IMG/VR virus record: IMGVR_UViG_3300025924_000024
Location: 1,707-65,706 of that record
DNA length: 64,000 nt
Direction: 5' to 3' (one strand)
From: a virus
Lineage: Duplodnaviria > Caudoviricetes
Shown here: piece after piece, positions 38,122 to 48,311 of the stretch
Layout of the letters: each line of letters starts with the position of its first letter
Numbering within the stretch: position 1 is the first letter of the stretch
Notes under the pieces: model-generated
The model's database searches: none
Seen by the model: the letters and a program-made list of their open reading frames with translations, nothing else
What the model was told of the DNA's origin: nothing
Position numbers and translations under genes: made by a program

Positions 38122-38590
38122 GAGCGGCCTCCTGAGCCTTTGCGTAGACCATCATCCCGACCGGGCCCGTGACGTGATTGTCGACGATGGCCTGCGTGAC
38201 GATTTTTCTTTGACCGACGTCCCACCAGAGGTCGTCGACCTTGACATAGCGCCCGTCGGTGGTTGCGAGACTGATCGCGCCGCGCCCGAGCGCGGGCATT
38301 GCCGCCTCCCACGCCTCGTTCCACCGCGTGGTTGCGGCGCAGGCTTCGTCTGACGGAGCCGCGCTCACGTCATCCTGATCTATGTCGGGCAACGGGTCAG
38401 CGCCGAACTTTCGGAACGCGCGGTCCATCGCCATGTTCGCGTCACAGTAATCGTGGCTATGACAAACGAGGTCGTCCTGCTCAACGGCGTTGAGCATGCG
38501 CATGGTAAGGAATTCGACCGGGTCGAGCCAAAGCTTGAGGACCGAGACGAACTCGGCGGCGAGATCTTCTGCGCTCGGGAGCGAGGCCAT
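38111..38590 (-). CDS. Hypothetical protein (CHSHDYCDANM motif)
   Basis: Early-operon gene. Confidence 0.55.
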   Translation of the reverse strand: MASLPSAEDLAAEFVSVLKLWLDPVEFLTMRMLNAVEQDDLVCHSHDYCDANMAMDRAFRKFGADPLPDIDQDDVSAAPSDEACAATTRWNEAWEAAMPALGRGAISLATTDGRYVKVDDLWWDVGQRKIVTQAIVDNHVTGPVGMMVYAKAQEAAHAH

Positions 38591-38593
38591 GGC

Positions 38594-39133
38594 TCAGGAC
38601 TCCGCCTTCTCGTTATCGTCGTAGGTTTTTTCGCAGTCCGCATATGCCTGAAGCAGCGCGCGCACGTCGTCCCGTTCGTCACCGGAGAAATACTGACCGG
38701 CAACACCGCCGTCGGTCACGCCGATGCGGTCCTGCACGATCAGGGCGAGCGCGTTGACCGCGTCCTCGACGACCGCGTCGGTGATGGTGAAGCGGTCATC
38801 GGCGAGCGGCGCGCGGCTGCAATAGTCCTCGCTGGCCGCGAACTCGAAAAGCTGACGCTCAAACCGGCTGAGGTCGAAACCGATTTCGGTCTGGGCACCG
38901 ATCAGCATGTGAAAGCTTCCTTGCGCCCTGATATCGTCGGGCCACGCCTCGTCGAGGATTTCGATATAGAGCGGCCCCGGCACGCCCGGTTTGCCGAGAT
39001 AGGTGAAACCGGTGCGGCTCACCTCCTTAGCGTCGATGCCGAGCGCCTTGGGCAGGTCAGAGCAAAAGCGGCGAGTCTTCTGGAAGTCGGCGAAGGTGAG
39101 GTTTGCGAATTCGAAGACGGTTGAGGTCGTCAT
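38594..39133 (-). CDS. Hypothetical protein
   Basis: AAGGAG RBS; acidic. Confidence 0.55.
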   Translation of the reverse strand: MTTSTVFEFANLTFADFQKTRRFCSDLPKALGIDAKEVSRTGFTYLGKPGVPGPLYIEILDEAWPDDIRAQGSFHMLIGAQTEIGFDLSRFERQLFEFAASEDYCSRAPLADDRFTITDAVVEDAVNALALIVQDRIGVTDGGVAGQYFSGDERDDVRALLQAYADCEKTYDDNEKAES

Positions 39134-39146
39134 CGGTGAAGTCTCC

Positions 39147-39443
39147 TTAAACGGTTGCGGCGGTTTTGGTCTTGGCGCTCACGAAGGCGAGCACCGCGTT
39201 CCAGTCATCGGAGTCGAAAAACGTCTCGTTGTGACCGTCGGTCTCGGGATTCGCTTGGACCGAGAAGCGCTTCGACTCGGGACACTCGCGCTCAGACGGC
39301 TCTGGATAGTCGATGAACACGATCAGCCTGCCGACTCCGAAACACGGGCAGGCGTCGTTGGCCCAAGACATGTCCGTCCAGCCCTCAGGAATTGGCGGCA
39401 GGCGGTGCGCGGGATAGTCGGGAAACTCGGTCTCTAACTTCAT
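39147..39443 (-). CDS. First gene of the leftward operon, hypothetical (DMSWANDACPCF motif)
   Basis: AAGGAG before ATG 39443; an alternative in-frame start exists ~170 nt upstream. Confidence 0.55.
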   Translation of the reverse strand: MKLETEFPDYPAHRLPPIPEGWTDMSWANDACPCFGVGRLIVFIDYPEPSERECPESKRFSVQANPETDGHNETFFDSDDWNAVLAFVSAKTKTAATV

Positions 39444-39619
39444 GGGCGTGCTCCTTGCTGTGGCTGCGCGGGCCTCTTCCAAAGACCGCAGCGGCGGCGT
39501 CACAAGGACGAGTCCGGCGGGGGTGATTACGGGCACGGCGCTGATCGGCATGCCCGTCCGGCAGCCCCGGGTGTCGGTCATCCTGACGTAAGGCTCGGAT
39601 TCGGGGGAAAACATTGCGG

Positions 39620-39718
39620 CACTCCGTTGAGGTTGTGCAATCCATAGCGTGCCCAATTGACAGGAGGCAACCGCCACGGTCAGGTTGGCTTAACGAAACC
39701 TCACCGGCTTCCATAAAG
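39620..39718. promoter_or_regulatory. Divergent promoter region
   Basis: Strand switch; TTGACA at 39657-39662 (+); TTGCCT...GCTATGG on the - strand. Confidence 0.5.
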
Positions 39719-40066
39719 ATGACGACGCTTCAGGAATGGCGGGAAAAACGCGGCATGACCCGCGTCGCCCTGGCCGAAAAGCTGGGCTCCGCCGACATCA
39801 CAGTGGGGCGCTGGGAAAAGGGACGGCTGCCTGAGACCCCGTTTTTGCACAGCATTATTGAGCTGACCGGGGCTGCGGTGACGCCTAACGACTGGTTTCG
39901 GGCTGAGATCACCTCGGCCAGGCAGCAACCCAAGGAGCCCAAACATGGCAGCAAGAGTGAAGGCCGGCGGCGTGCCGGCAAAGACGCCCAAAAAGAAAAA
40001 GACCGCGGCAAAACCAAAGGGCGGCGGGTCACGGAAGAATACGCTCAGCGCCGAGGAAGCCGCTGA
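39719..40066 (+). CDS. Cro-like XRE HTH protein
   Basis: LQEWREKRGMTRVALAEKLG....TVGRWEKGRLP......I.ELT.AAVTPNDW; first rightward gene. Confidence 0.75.
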   Translation: MTTLQEWREKRGMTRVALAEKLGSADITVGRWEKGRLPETPFLHSIIELTGAAVTPNDWFRAEITSARQQPKEPKHGSKSEGRRRAGKDAQKEKDRGKTKGRRVTEEYAQRRGSR

Positions 40067-40430
40067 GGCGTTCGAGGAACTGTTCAACCTCCACGCCGAA
40101 CTTTCGACCGTCAGCGGTGAGGTCAGGAAGCGCATCGCCGACGAGTACGCGACCGTCGCCAAGCGACTCGAGGTCCCCAAGAAAATCGTCAAGCATGAGT
40201 TCGCGCTCGAGCGGCACCGCCGCCAGATTGCGAAGATCGAGGCCGAGTTCGACGGCCGCGACCGCGACGCGCTCATGAAACTCGCTCAGATCTTCGGCGA
40301 GGATTCGCCGTTCGGTGAGTTCGCGCTGCGCGCTGCCAACCGCGCCAAGCGTGACGACTTCGGCGGTCAGGCTGAGACTGGCGATGGCGGCGAAAGCGAG
40401 ACCGCTGACGAGGAAGGCCCCGAGGGCTGA
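39945..40430 (+). CDS. Possible GapR/DUF2312-like DNA-binding protein with a Lys-rich N-tail
   Basis: Helical core FEELFNLHAEL...RIADEYATVAKRL.V.KK.VK and SPFG near the C-terminus; resemblance only. Confidence 0.4.
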   Translation: MAARVKAGGVPAKTPKKKKTAAKPKGGGSRKNTLSAEEAAEAFEELFNLHAELSTVSGEVRKRIADEYATVAKRLEVPKKIVKHEFALERHRRQIAKIEAEFDGRDRDALMKLAQIFGEDSPFGEFALRAANRAKRDDFGGQAETGDGGESETADEEGPEG

Positions 40431-40433
40431 TCG

Positions 40434-41030
40434 ATGACGACCCTGGCTCTTGATCTCGCGACGAATACCGGCTTCGCGCTCGGTGACCTGAGCGGGGTCA
40501 AGATCTCGGGCAGTCGTCGATTCCCGTCGACCGGCGATGATCTCTACACGTTCGCGAAGGCGTTTCGCGAATGGCTGACGACCGGGCTCAAGCGTCACAA
40601 GCCCGACCGCATCGTCTACGAGCAGCCGCTGTTGCCCGGCGAGACGACGCTCATCACCTGCCGCAAGCTTTACGGACTCGCGTGGCAGACAGAGATCACC
40701 GCCGGCGACCTCGGATACGTCGGCGAACAGAAAATCGCCGAAGTCATGAACAACGACTGGATGAAGCATTTTCTCGGCGCTGGAAACGTGCCGCGGAAAA
40801 GCAAGGACCGGAAAGCCGCCGTCCAGCGCATGTGCAAGATTCGCGGCTTTCACTTCGACGACGAGGACGAGGCCGACGCAATCGGCATCCTCGACTATGA
40901 CCTCGCCTGCAGCAGCCCGGCGTCGGCGATCTTCGCCACGCCGCTGTTCGCGGGCCAGGCCCCGAAACCCACTGCCAAGCTAAGCGTCGCTGAGATCCGC
41001 GCGCAGCAAGCTGGCCTAAGGAGAGAGTGA
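40434..41030 (+). CDS. RuvC-like Holliday junction resolvase
   Basis: LALDLATNTGFA, IVYEQP, DEADAIGI acidic triad. Confidence 0.75.
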   Translation: MTTLALDLATNTGFALGDLSGVKISGSRRFPSTGDDLYTFAKAFREWLTTGLKRHKPDRIVYEQPLLPGETTLITCRKLYGLAWQTEITAGDLGYVGEQKIAEVMNNDWMKHFLGAGNVPRKSKDRKAAVQRMCKIRGFHFDDEDEADAIGILDYDLACSSPASAIFATPLFAGQAPKPTAKLSVAEIRAQQAGLRRE

Positions 41031-41423
41031 TGGCCGAGCACCTGAAATTCACGACCAAGACCGGCGTCGCGGTGAGCGTCACAAAGACAGCTCAGCGCGA
41101 CCTGCTGACCGTCAGCGATTCGACGCTGCCATTTTTCGCGCTCGAGCCTGACGAACTGCGCGACCTCGCCAAGGCGGTCGGCGAGGAGTGGGTAAAAATC
41201 CGGACTCAGCAGATCGAGCAAACGGGCGTGGCGACCCAGCGGCCAGGCGTGCCCTCGGCGAGGAACTGATGCAGGTCAGGGGCGGCGGCTTCACGCTTTG
41301 GACGGACGACCCGGTGATGATCGCCGTCGTCAAGCGCTGCGATGATCTCAAGCGCGAAAATGACGCGCTCGTCGCGGCGCTGCTTTCGAATGACCGCAAG
41401 CGGCTACCGATCAGGCGGTCGAC

Positions 41424-41810
41424 GTGACGCAAGGATGGATTGGAGTCGATCTCGACGGCACGCTCGCCTTCTGGGATGACAGCTTCCGCGGCGCCGACAA
41501 TATCGGTCCACCGCTGCCGCTCATGCTTGAGCGCGTGAAGGCTTGGGTTGCTGACGGCAAGGACGTTCGAATTTTCACCGCGCGCGTCGGGCCCAATAGA
41601 GGGCGCGACCCGGAATATGAAACGCGGGCTCGAGAGGCGATCACGGCGTGGTATGTTGAGCACGTCGGCAGAGCGCTTCCGATCACCGCGACAAAGGACT
41701 TCTCGATGATCGAACTCTGGGACGACCGCGCGGTGCAGGTCATCCCGAACACAGGGCGCACGTTGTCTGACGCAACGCTCGCTGAGATCACCGCGCTGGA
41801 GGGAAAGTGA
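41424..41810 (+). CDS. HAD-superfamily phage hydrolase
   Basis: IGVDLDGTLA, VRIFTAR, KDF.MIELWDDRAVQV. Confidence 0.7.
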   Translation: MTQGWIGVDLDGTLAFWDDSFRGADNIGPPLPLMLERVKAWVADGKDVRIFTARVGPNRGRDPEYETRAREAITAWYVEHVGRALPITATKDFSMIELWDDRAVQVIPNTGRTLSDATLAEITALEGK

Positions 41811-43527
41811 TGGCAAAGACAATCGCGAACGGCCGCTATCTCATGGGCATCGAGCTCTTGGGCGATCACACGGCAAACATGGTCCTCGTCCCGATGGGCG
41901 GCAGGAACATTCCGAACTGGACCGCTGCTCAGACGATGACGCAGGAAGACTTCCAAGCCTTCATGCGCGTGCGCAAAGAGCGCCGGGCCGAGGCCGAGCA
42001 AAAGCGGACGGCGAAATGAGCGACCGTCTTTGGACTGCGCTGATAATCGGGTCGGCGTTTCTTCTCGGGGCCGTCGTCGGCAGCGGGCTCACCGACATGT
42101 GGATTTTGCATGCCAATTGACCACGGCGCGCTGACAGCTGCAGAGCGCAAGGCGCTGCGCTCGACCGGGCAACTGCCAAAGCGTGAGCCGGTCGAGCCGA
42201 TCATCCCGGGCACGCGCGAGGCCCCGCCTCCGCGCATCCCGTCAGATCCGCCAATAGTGCGCGAGCGCGTCATCGAGAAGATTGAGCGGCCTGAGGTGCC
42301 GGCCGACTTCGAACACGACCAACGCACGATGCTCAGGGTGAGGGCGCTCGAGTTCGCGCTCGAAGCCGCGCGCTATCTCAATGCCAAGTTCTCGAGCGGC
42401 GAGGAACTGCTCGGCCAGGCCGAACACATCGAGCGCTGGATTGCCATGTCGAAGGGCCCGAAGCCGTGAGCTGGATTCGCGCCGGCGGAAAATATGAGAC
42501 GGCCGACGGCCGCACCGCAAAGGTCACGAGGAAGGGAACGATCAAATTCGGCATCGGCAACCGGCAAGCGGTCGAGGCTTGGTTCGGCAAGATCACTGGC
42601 ATCGACCATGAGGTCGCGTGGTCTCTCAGTGGCGGCTTTGACGACAAGGCGGCGCACCCCTGTAATCTCGTGAGGCCAGCGGCACCCAAGCCGGCGGTCG
42701 CGGCCTCGCCTGTCAAAAAGAAGCGCCGCAAATGAGCCGCTTCTACACCGCCGACGACTTCGACGTTGTGTTCACGCGCGAGGTCAAGCCCGGCTTTACG
42801 AGCTACTTCAAGCGCAAAAAATGCATCGCCACGGTGCGCATCGGCGAGACCGCGCCGGCCGGTTACACCGAGGTCCGCCTCAACCCGCGCGACAAGTGGG
42901 CCTGCCCGGAGACGCCGCAACAGCGCCGCGCGGCAAAAAAAGTCATCAAGCGAAAGGTCAGACCATGAAGGCATCCGACATTGCAGAAGCCCACACGATC
43001 GCTGGCGAACTTGCCTTCCTCGGTCAAAGCCTGGCCAGCGTCAGCAGCGCAGACCCCATCTATTGTGAAACTGCGGGCATGGCCTTTGAGAAGGGCGAGG
43101 ACGGCTTCGACGTCATCCGCGCCGGTCTGATCCGCGCGCTCGGTACCAAGATCAAAAACAAAGAGGCCAGGCTGCGCGATATCGGTGTCGCCTTCGAGCC
43201 GGGCTCGCTCACCGCGGCACCGGCACCGGGCACTCTTCCAAAATGAGCGTGGAAGAGCAGCTGGACATGGGCTTTGAGCCCGTGAGGCACGCGAGATTCC
43301 GTCGCTGCGGCGGCAACCGCGTGGCCTACATCAAGGCGCGTTTCCCGGATCTCGAGCCGCCGGCGACGTCCGAGTCCGACTCGGTTTACATGGACGTGAT
43401 GTACCAGCGGTCACACGGCTCGACCTGTTACCGCGTGGGGCAGAAGACGCATTTGCTCAACGGCGAGATTGTCTCGTCCCAGCAGCTGCGAGCAAGGTCA
43501 GGTGGCGCATGGACTTCGTCTACATAG
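41810..43527 (+). other. Run of small hypothetical ORFs (41810-42019, 42110-42469, 42466-42735, 42732-42968, 42965-43246, 43243-43527)
   Basis: Chained by overlaps. Confidence 0.45.
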
Positions 43528-43880
43528 CAAGCCCGTGGAGCGAGCCGGTGTACGCGAAAGCGTGCCTGCGCAATTCGCTGTTGCGCGGTGAGACCGCTGC
43601 AGCGATGGCGCTATTGTTCGACGGCGCCCTCGATCTCCGCGTTGAGATCGAACGCGCGGCCGGCCTGCAGGCTGCGTTGATGGCGGTTCGCGTCTGTCAC
43701 CGGCTTGCGGTCTATATCGAAAAGGGCATCAGCCACGAAATGCGGCGCGTGATCTCTGAGGCGCGCGATTGCGGTTGTCCACTCTCCTTTCGTCATGTCA
43801 GCAGCCCCGCGCTGGATCTGCCGGGCTGGGTTGTCGGCTCACCCGAGCCTCTCGCAGTGATCGAGGGAGGTAAGCGGTGA
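43509..43880 (+). CDS. Nucleoside 2-deoxyribosyltransferase-like fold protein
   Basis: VYIASP...ACLRNSLLRGE...ER..G...LAVYIEKGIS.EM..VI..A; some conserved positions look degenerate. Confidence 0.5.
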   Translation: MDFVYIASPWSEPVYAKACLRNSLLRGETAAAMALLFDGALDLRVEIERAAGLQAALMAVRVCHRLAVYIEKGISHEMRRVISEARDCGCPLSFRHVSSPALDLPGWVVGSPEPLAVIEGGKR

Positions 43881-45002
43881 CCGAGCCAGTCTTCAAGATC
43901 CGGCCGCCGATTGAGGAAATGCCGGAGGGCACCGAGTTCGAGTTCACCTACCGCGGTCGCTCCTATCGGGCGACCCGCTTTGCGTCTGACGGCAAGAACC
44001 GCACCTATGGTCATCCGAACCTCGCGCTCAACGGCGAATACGGCCGCGCCATCCTGGCCGACGCGCTCGGCCGCACGCTCGAGGACGGCCTCGTTGCGAT
44101 TAGGACATTCGAAACCGAATCCCAGCGTCAGGCCCGCATGGCGCTGCAGCGCGAGAAGAACGCGCTCATCAAGGAAGCTATGGCCCACAAGGGAAAACCC
44201 GCACAGAAGGCGCGCTGGTGATGGCAGAGACAGATGACGACGAGACAGTTCGCGAGTTCAAGGCGCTGTTGCGCGCTGAGGGCTATGCGGTCACTGACGC
44301 CAGCGGAAATATCATCGACGTCAATGCCGCCGGCCGAGCCTGGCTACGCTCGATCGGTTTCAATTGGCCCGATGACAAGACGATGCTCGTGCTCGGGCTC
44401 GAAGCGCTCGCCGAAGAGGTCTGCGTCGAGGAAATGGAAAAGGCCGCTGGCCGGCCGATGGTGCGGGACGCCTAAGCTGTGTGCGCGCGCGGTGACACGG
44501 TCGTCGTCCAGCTGGCTAAGGGACCGGTCGACGTTGACCGTTGCCTCGCGCCGCTCATTGTGGCGCTCAACCAGGCCGGCCTCGCCACCCGGGCATGCTG
44601 TTGCGGGCACGGCGACGTTTTGGGCTCCGTGGCGCTGTGGGACGGCCGGGAGATCATCCTGGCCCCTTGCTGGGAAACGGCGCGCGCGATCGAGCGCAAC
44701 TTCTTTCCGTGATCTCTGACCGCACGCCCTGCCTTGTCCCGTTTTGCCGCAGGACGAGCGGCCGTGACGCCTTCTGGGGTGACGCTTGCGAGTTCCTTTG
44801 CGGCAAACACTATCCCCTCGTCGACAAGCGGCTCAGGTGGCTGCGTGGGCGCGTCAAGGCCAAGGCGCGGCGGCTGGGCTGGACGCCGGCGCTGATCGCC
44901 TTGGAGACGCGCCTGTGGGCCCGTGCCAAGGCTCAGGCGCTTGACCGGGCTGCCGCAATCGGCCCACCGCCGAGCAAGTATCTTTCGGGTAAAGTTACTT
45001 GA
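43877..45002 (+). other. Small hypothetical ORFs (43877-44221, 44221-44475, 44479-44712, 44709-45002)
   Basis: Chained ORFs, two of them Cys-rich. Confidence 0.45.
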
Positions 45003-45007
45003 AACCG

Positions 45008-45072
45008 GTAACCGGGCGTTAACCCGTTGCGCAACGCCGAGTGGCAATCGCCCGGGCCTAGCCCTATGTTCA
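45008..45072 (+). promoter_or_regulatory. CtrA-box-like site and putative promoter upstream of the small-gene cassette
   Basis: GTAA-CCGGGCG-TTAAC (45008-45023) is one mismatch from TTAA-N7-TTAA; TATGTT follows within an AT-rich gap. Confidence 0.35.
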
Positions 45073-45105
45073 TGACAACGAAAAAAACGAACCACGGGTA
45101 ATGAC

Positions 45106-47663
45106 ATGAACACGGACCAAATCACCGCCACGAACCAGCCCGGAATTTTCCTCGGCCTCGGCTCTTATTGGCGCGGCTGCTATCGCGGACGCACAGAGCG
45201 TCAGCTAATTGGCCTCGTCGAAGTATTTGAGGCTTGCCCGGGCGAATACTTTTCCGCGCCGCAGTCGCGCGTGATCGACGTTGAGGTCTGACCATGAACC
45301 TTGATCTCAAACCCCACGTTGACGCTGTTGCCGAGTCGATGAAGCAGATCATCCCGAGCAGCCTGCAGCGTCCCGTCACGCGCGGCGAACTTGCCGCCGC
45401 CTTCGACCTCGTCAGCAACAAGGAAAACTGGAAGGCACCCATTGACGCCTATGTGTGGCTTGACGACGAGCAAGTGACCCTCGTCACCGAGGCCGTCGTT
45501 TTCTTCGCGGGATGCGTTCCCGAGTTCGAAAACATGCTGCGCCGTAAGGAAGGCAAGGTCCGGTACCGCGTGACCGCCATCGGCTATTACGAGGCGGTCG
45601 GCGCATGACGCTCAAATGCGACATGTGCCACAAGCCGCTCAAGTCGGGAGCGAAGCGCTACGTGATCGTGCCGCCGCTCCGGCCTGATCTCACCATGACC
45701 GTCGGGCCCGAGTGCTTTCGCAAATCCAAGAAGGCCCGGGCGGCGCTGGCAGCTCGGATGACACCTGACCAGATCACCGCCATGCAACTCAAACTCGCAC
45801 AGGAGCACCCAAAATGATCTATCACCTCGAGACGAATACCGGCACGCGCATTGTCTCCTTCAAGCCGACCGAAGATCTCGCCGCCGCAAAACGCGAGGCT
45901 GACAGGCTCAGGGCCGAGTGCCTTGAGGACCGACGCGTGAACGAAGTCGACCTCAGCACGGCACCGCACTATCACGTCATCGCGACCGAGACGGTCTACG
46001 TCACGTCGACCCTTGGCGACCTGCTCACATGAGCCGCCGGAGATCTCGGTTCGCTGACCCGGGCGGCAAGAGCGCGTTGCGCGCCGCGTCGCCCAGCAAC
46101 CCGCGCAACTTGCCGTGCCCGACATGCAAGCAGCCCGACAAGCTGACACCCGAGGACAAGCGCCACGGCTATCAATGTGACGACTGCGCAACCCGTGACG
46201 AAGGCGGAGGCTTCTTTCCATGAGCCGCTACAGCGAAACGTTCAAGCGGCTGCAGCCGAACTATGACCCTCGGCACATTGAAGCGTTCGTGAGGCTTGAG
46301 CGCCCAACGCTGGGCAGCCTGAGCGAGCGCACGCTCAAAGCCGAGGCCAGAATCGCAGCGCGGTGCGTTGACGAAGGCGGGCTCGAGGGCGCAGAGCGCC
46401 TCGCGCGGAGTTTCGGGCTATGAGGCGCGCCGCTATGAAGTACACCGATTTCACCGATCAGATGATCGCCGATATCGTCGCTGGCCGGCGCGCGCTCACA
46501 GAAGACGAGCGCGCATTCCTGCTGAGCGACACGCCGCACTTTGAGGAGTGTTCGAAAGACACGGCAGCGGAATTGCCGACCATGTCCGACGCGGACCTAA
46601 TCAGAACGGCCTTCAACGTGTGGGCCGAATACGCACAGGGGCAAACCCAATGAAACACCTTGTCATCCTTGCCGCGCTGATCTCAGCGCCTGCTGCAGCA
46701 TCGCCGAGCGGCGACTTCCAAGACGCCTGCGAGCGCGAGATCAAAACGCACCTGACGCAACCGGCCACGTTCGAGCCTAACTATTTCGGAGCTACTCGAC
46801 CGCGCGTCATCACCTTCCCGGCTGACCGGTCGACGTCGTGGCTCTGGAGCGTGCCGTTCACGGCCGCAAACCGCTTCGGCGCCGTCGGTCACTATCGCGC
46901 GACGTGCTCACAGGCACCGAACGGGCGCGTGGTCACCATGATCGGCGAGGACGGCTGACCATGCGCATCCCGAAAAGAGTTTTTCCGCGCTACCGCGTCG
47001 ACGTGACCGACGAGACGCTCGAACTCGCTGAGCCGGGTCTGCGAATCGTCAATTGTGATGGCGAACACGTCGTCAGCGTTCTCGATGACGCCGAAGGGTT
47101 TTTTGACCTCAACGTCGCGCTGATATTGGCAGCGCTTGACCGTCAGGACCGTGGCGAGAGGATCATCACGCTATGACGCCGAAACAATTTAAGGCTCTGC
47201 AGCGCGGTGACATCGTCCGAAACGTCGGCGCGAGCGAATCCTACGTCGTCACGGGAAACTACGGTGGCCGCATCACCGCCGTGCGCAGCGTCGACATGAC
47301 AAACCCGCGCGAGTGGGATTTGATCGACCCCGAGACGGGAAAGTCAAAGCCGTGACGCTGCGCCCCGATCAGCTGCACCGGAATCGCTTTCATCAGATTG
47401 TGATCCGTGGCCCGAAGATCTCCGGCAAGCGCCGTCACCTTGCGACCGTCGGGTCTCAGCGCCGCACAGCTCAGCCCGAGCGCGACGCTGAGGAGCGCGA
47501 ACTTGCGGTCCTCTTCCTTGGCGCGCGCAGGCTGCTCACCGCCGCCCAAGCAATCCTTCAGACCTATCCCGGATCAAACGACCCGGCTTTCGTGAACTTG
47601 CGCCTCGCCGTCCAAGCGGTTTCTGTGGAAAACTCGCAGACCGCAACCGAAGGCAGTGGATGA
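45106..47663 (+). other. Cassette of ~11 small ORFs, including a secreted protein (46650-46958)
   Basis: ATGA-chained; 46650 begins MKHLVILAALISAPAAA (Sec-type signal). Confidence 0.55.
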
Positions 47664-47746
47664 CCTGTCTCATGCCGTGGCGCTCGCGCGGGCGCTTCGG
47701 CAACGTCATCCGGCGCCTGTCTGGGCGTCCATTACCCAAGAACTTG

Positions 47747-47780
47747 AGCCTCGGGCCGGCCAGCCCGGGGCTTCTTTTTT
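47747..47780 (+). terminator. Rho-independent terminator
   Basis: AGCCTCGGGC-CGGCCA-GCCCGGGGCT followed by TCTTTTTT. Confidence 0.8.
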
Positions 47781-47893
47781 GCCGATGACGGAGCTAACGT
47801 CAGCCCGCGCGGGTGAGAAGCGCGCGTTTTCGTGATGACTATCCCCCCAACCGGCCTGAGGCGGCGCCTTACACGGACGCCGCCTCAGTGTTG

Positions 47894-48133
47894 TCAGCCC
47901 GCAGCGGAGTCTGCTGCGGCCTCTTCCTGAATCTCGGCGATGATCTCTTGCATGCCCGGCACAACGATTGCCGTGACATAGCCGCCGGCGTCGACGTCGA
48001 TCTCGACCGGCGGCTGACCCCTGGCGATTGGGCCCAGCTTGATCGATTTCGCCTTTGGCCCACCCGAGCCCTCAAGTTCTAACACGACCGCGTTGCGGGC
48101 GTCGTCCAGCTTCACGCGCAAAGATATCTGCAT
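47894..48133 (-). CDS. Lone antisense-oriented small protein (DUF2283-like)
   Basis: GGGAG RBS; ...VEIDVDAGGYVTAIVV. Confidence 0.4.
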   Translation of the reverse strand: MQISLRVKLDDARNAVVLELEGSGGPKAKSIKLGPIARGQPPVEIDVDAGGYVTAIVVPGMQEIIAEIQEEAAADSAAG

Positions 48134-48311
48134 TTGTCCACTCCCTTTTTTCATGAGGTGCCCGAAATGTTCGCTTGCGCTCAGGCGAATGTCGAGTACC
48201 GATGCGGGCTTGCGTCCACGGCCGATCAGCTCTGAGCGCAAACGCGCGCAGGGGCGTCCGTGTTGAGGACGGCCGTTCCTGCGTGCGGCCTCCGCCTCAA
48301 CCGGAAGCCTC

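Noticed and set aside
39690-39704. Possible CtrA box near cro (TTAA-N7-TCAC)
   Set aside because: Two mismatches in the second half-site; too weak.
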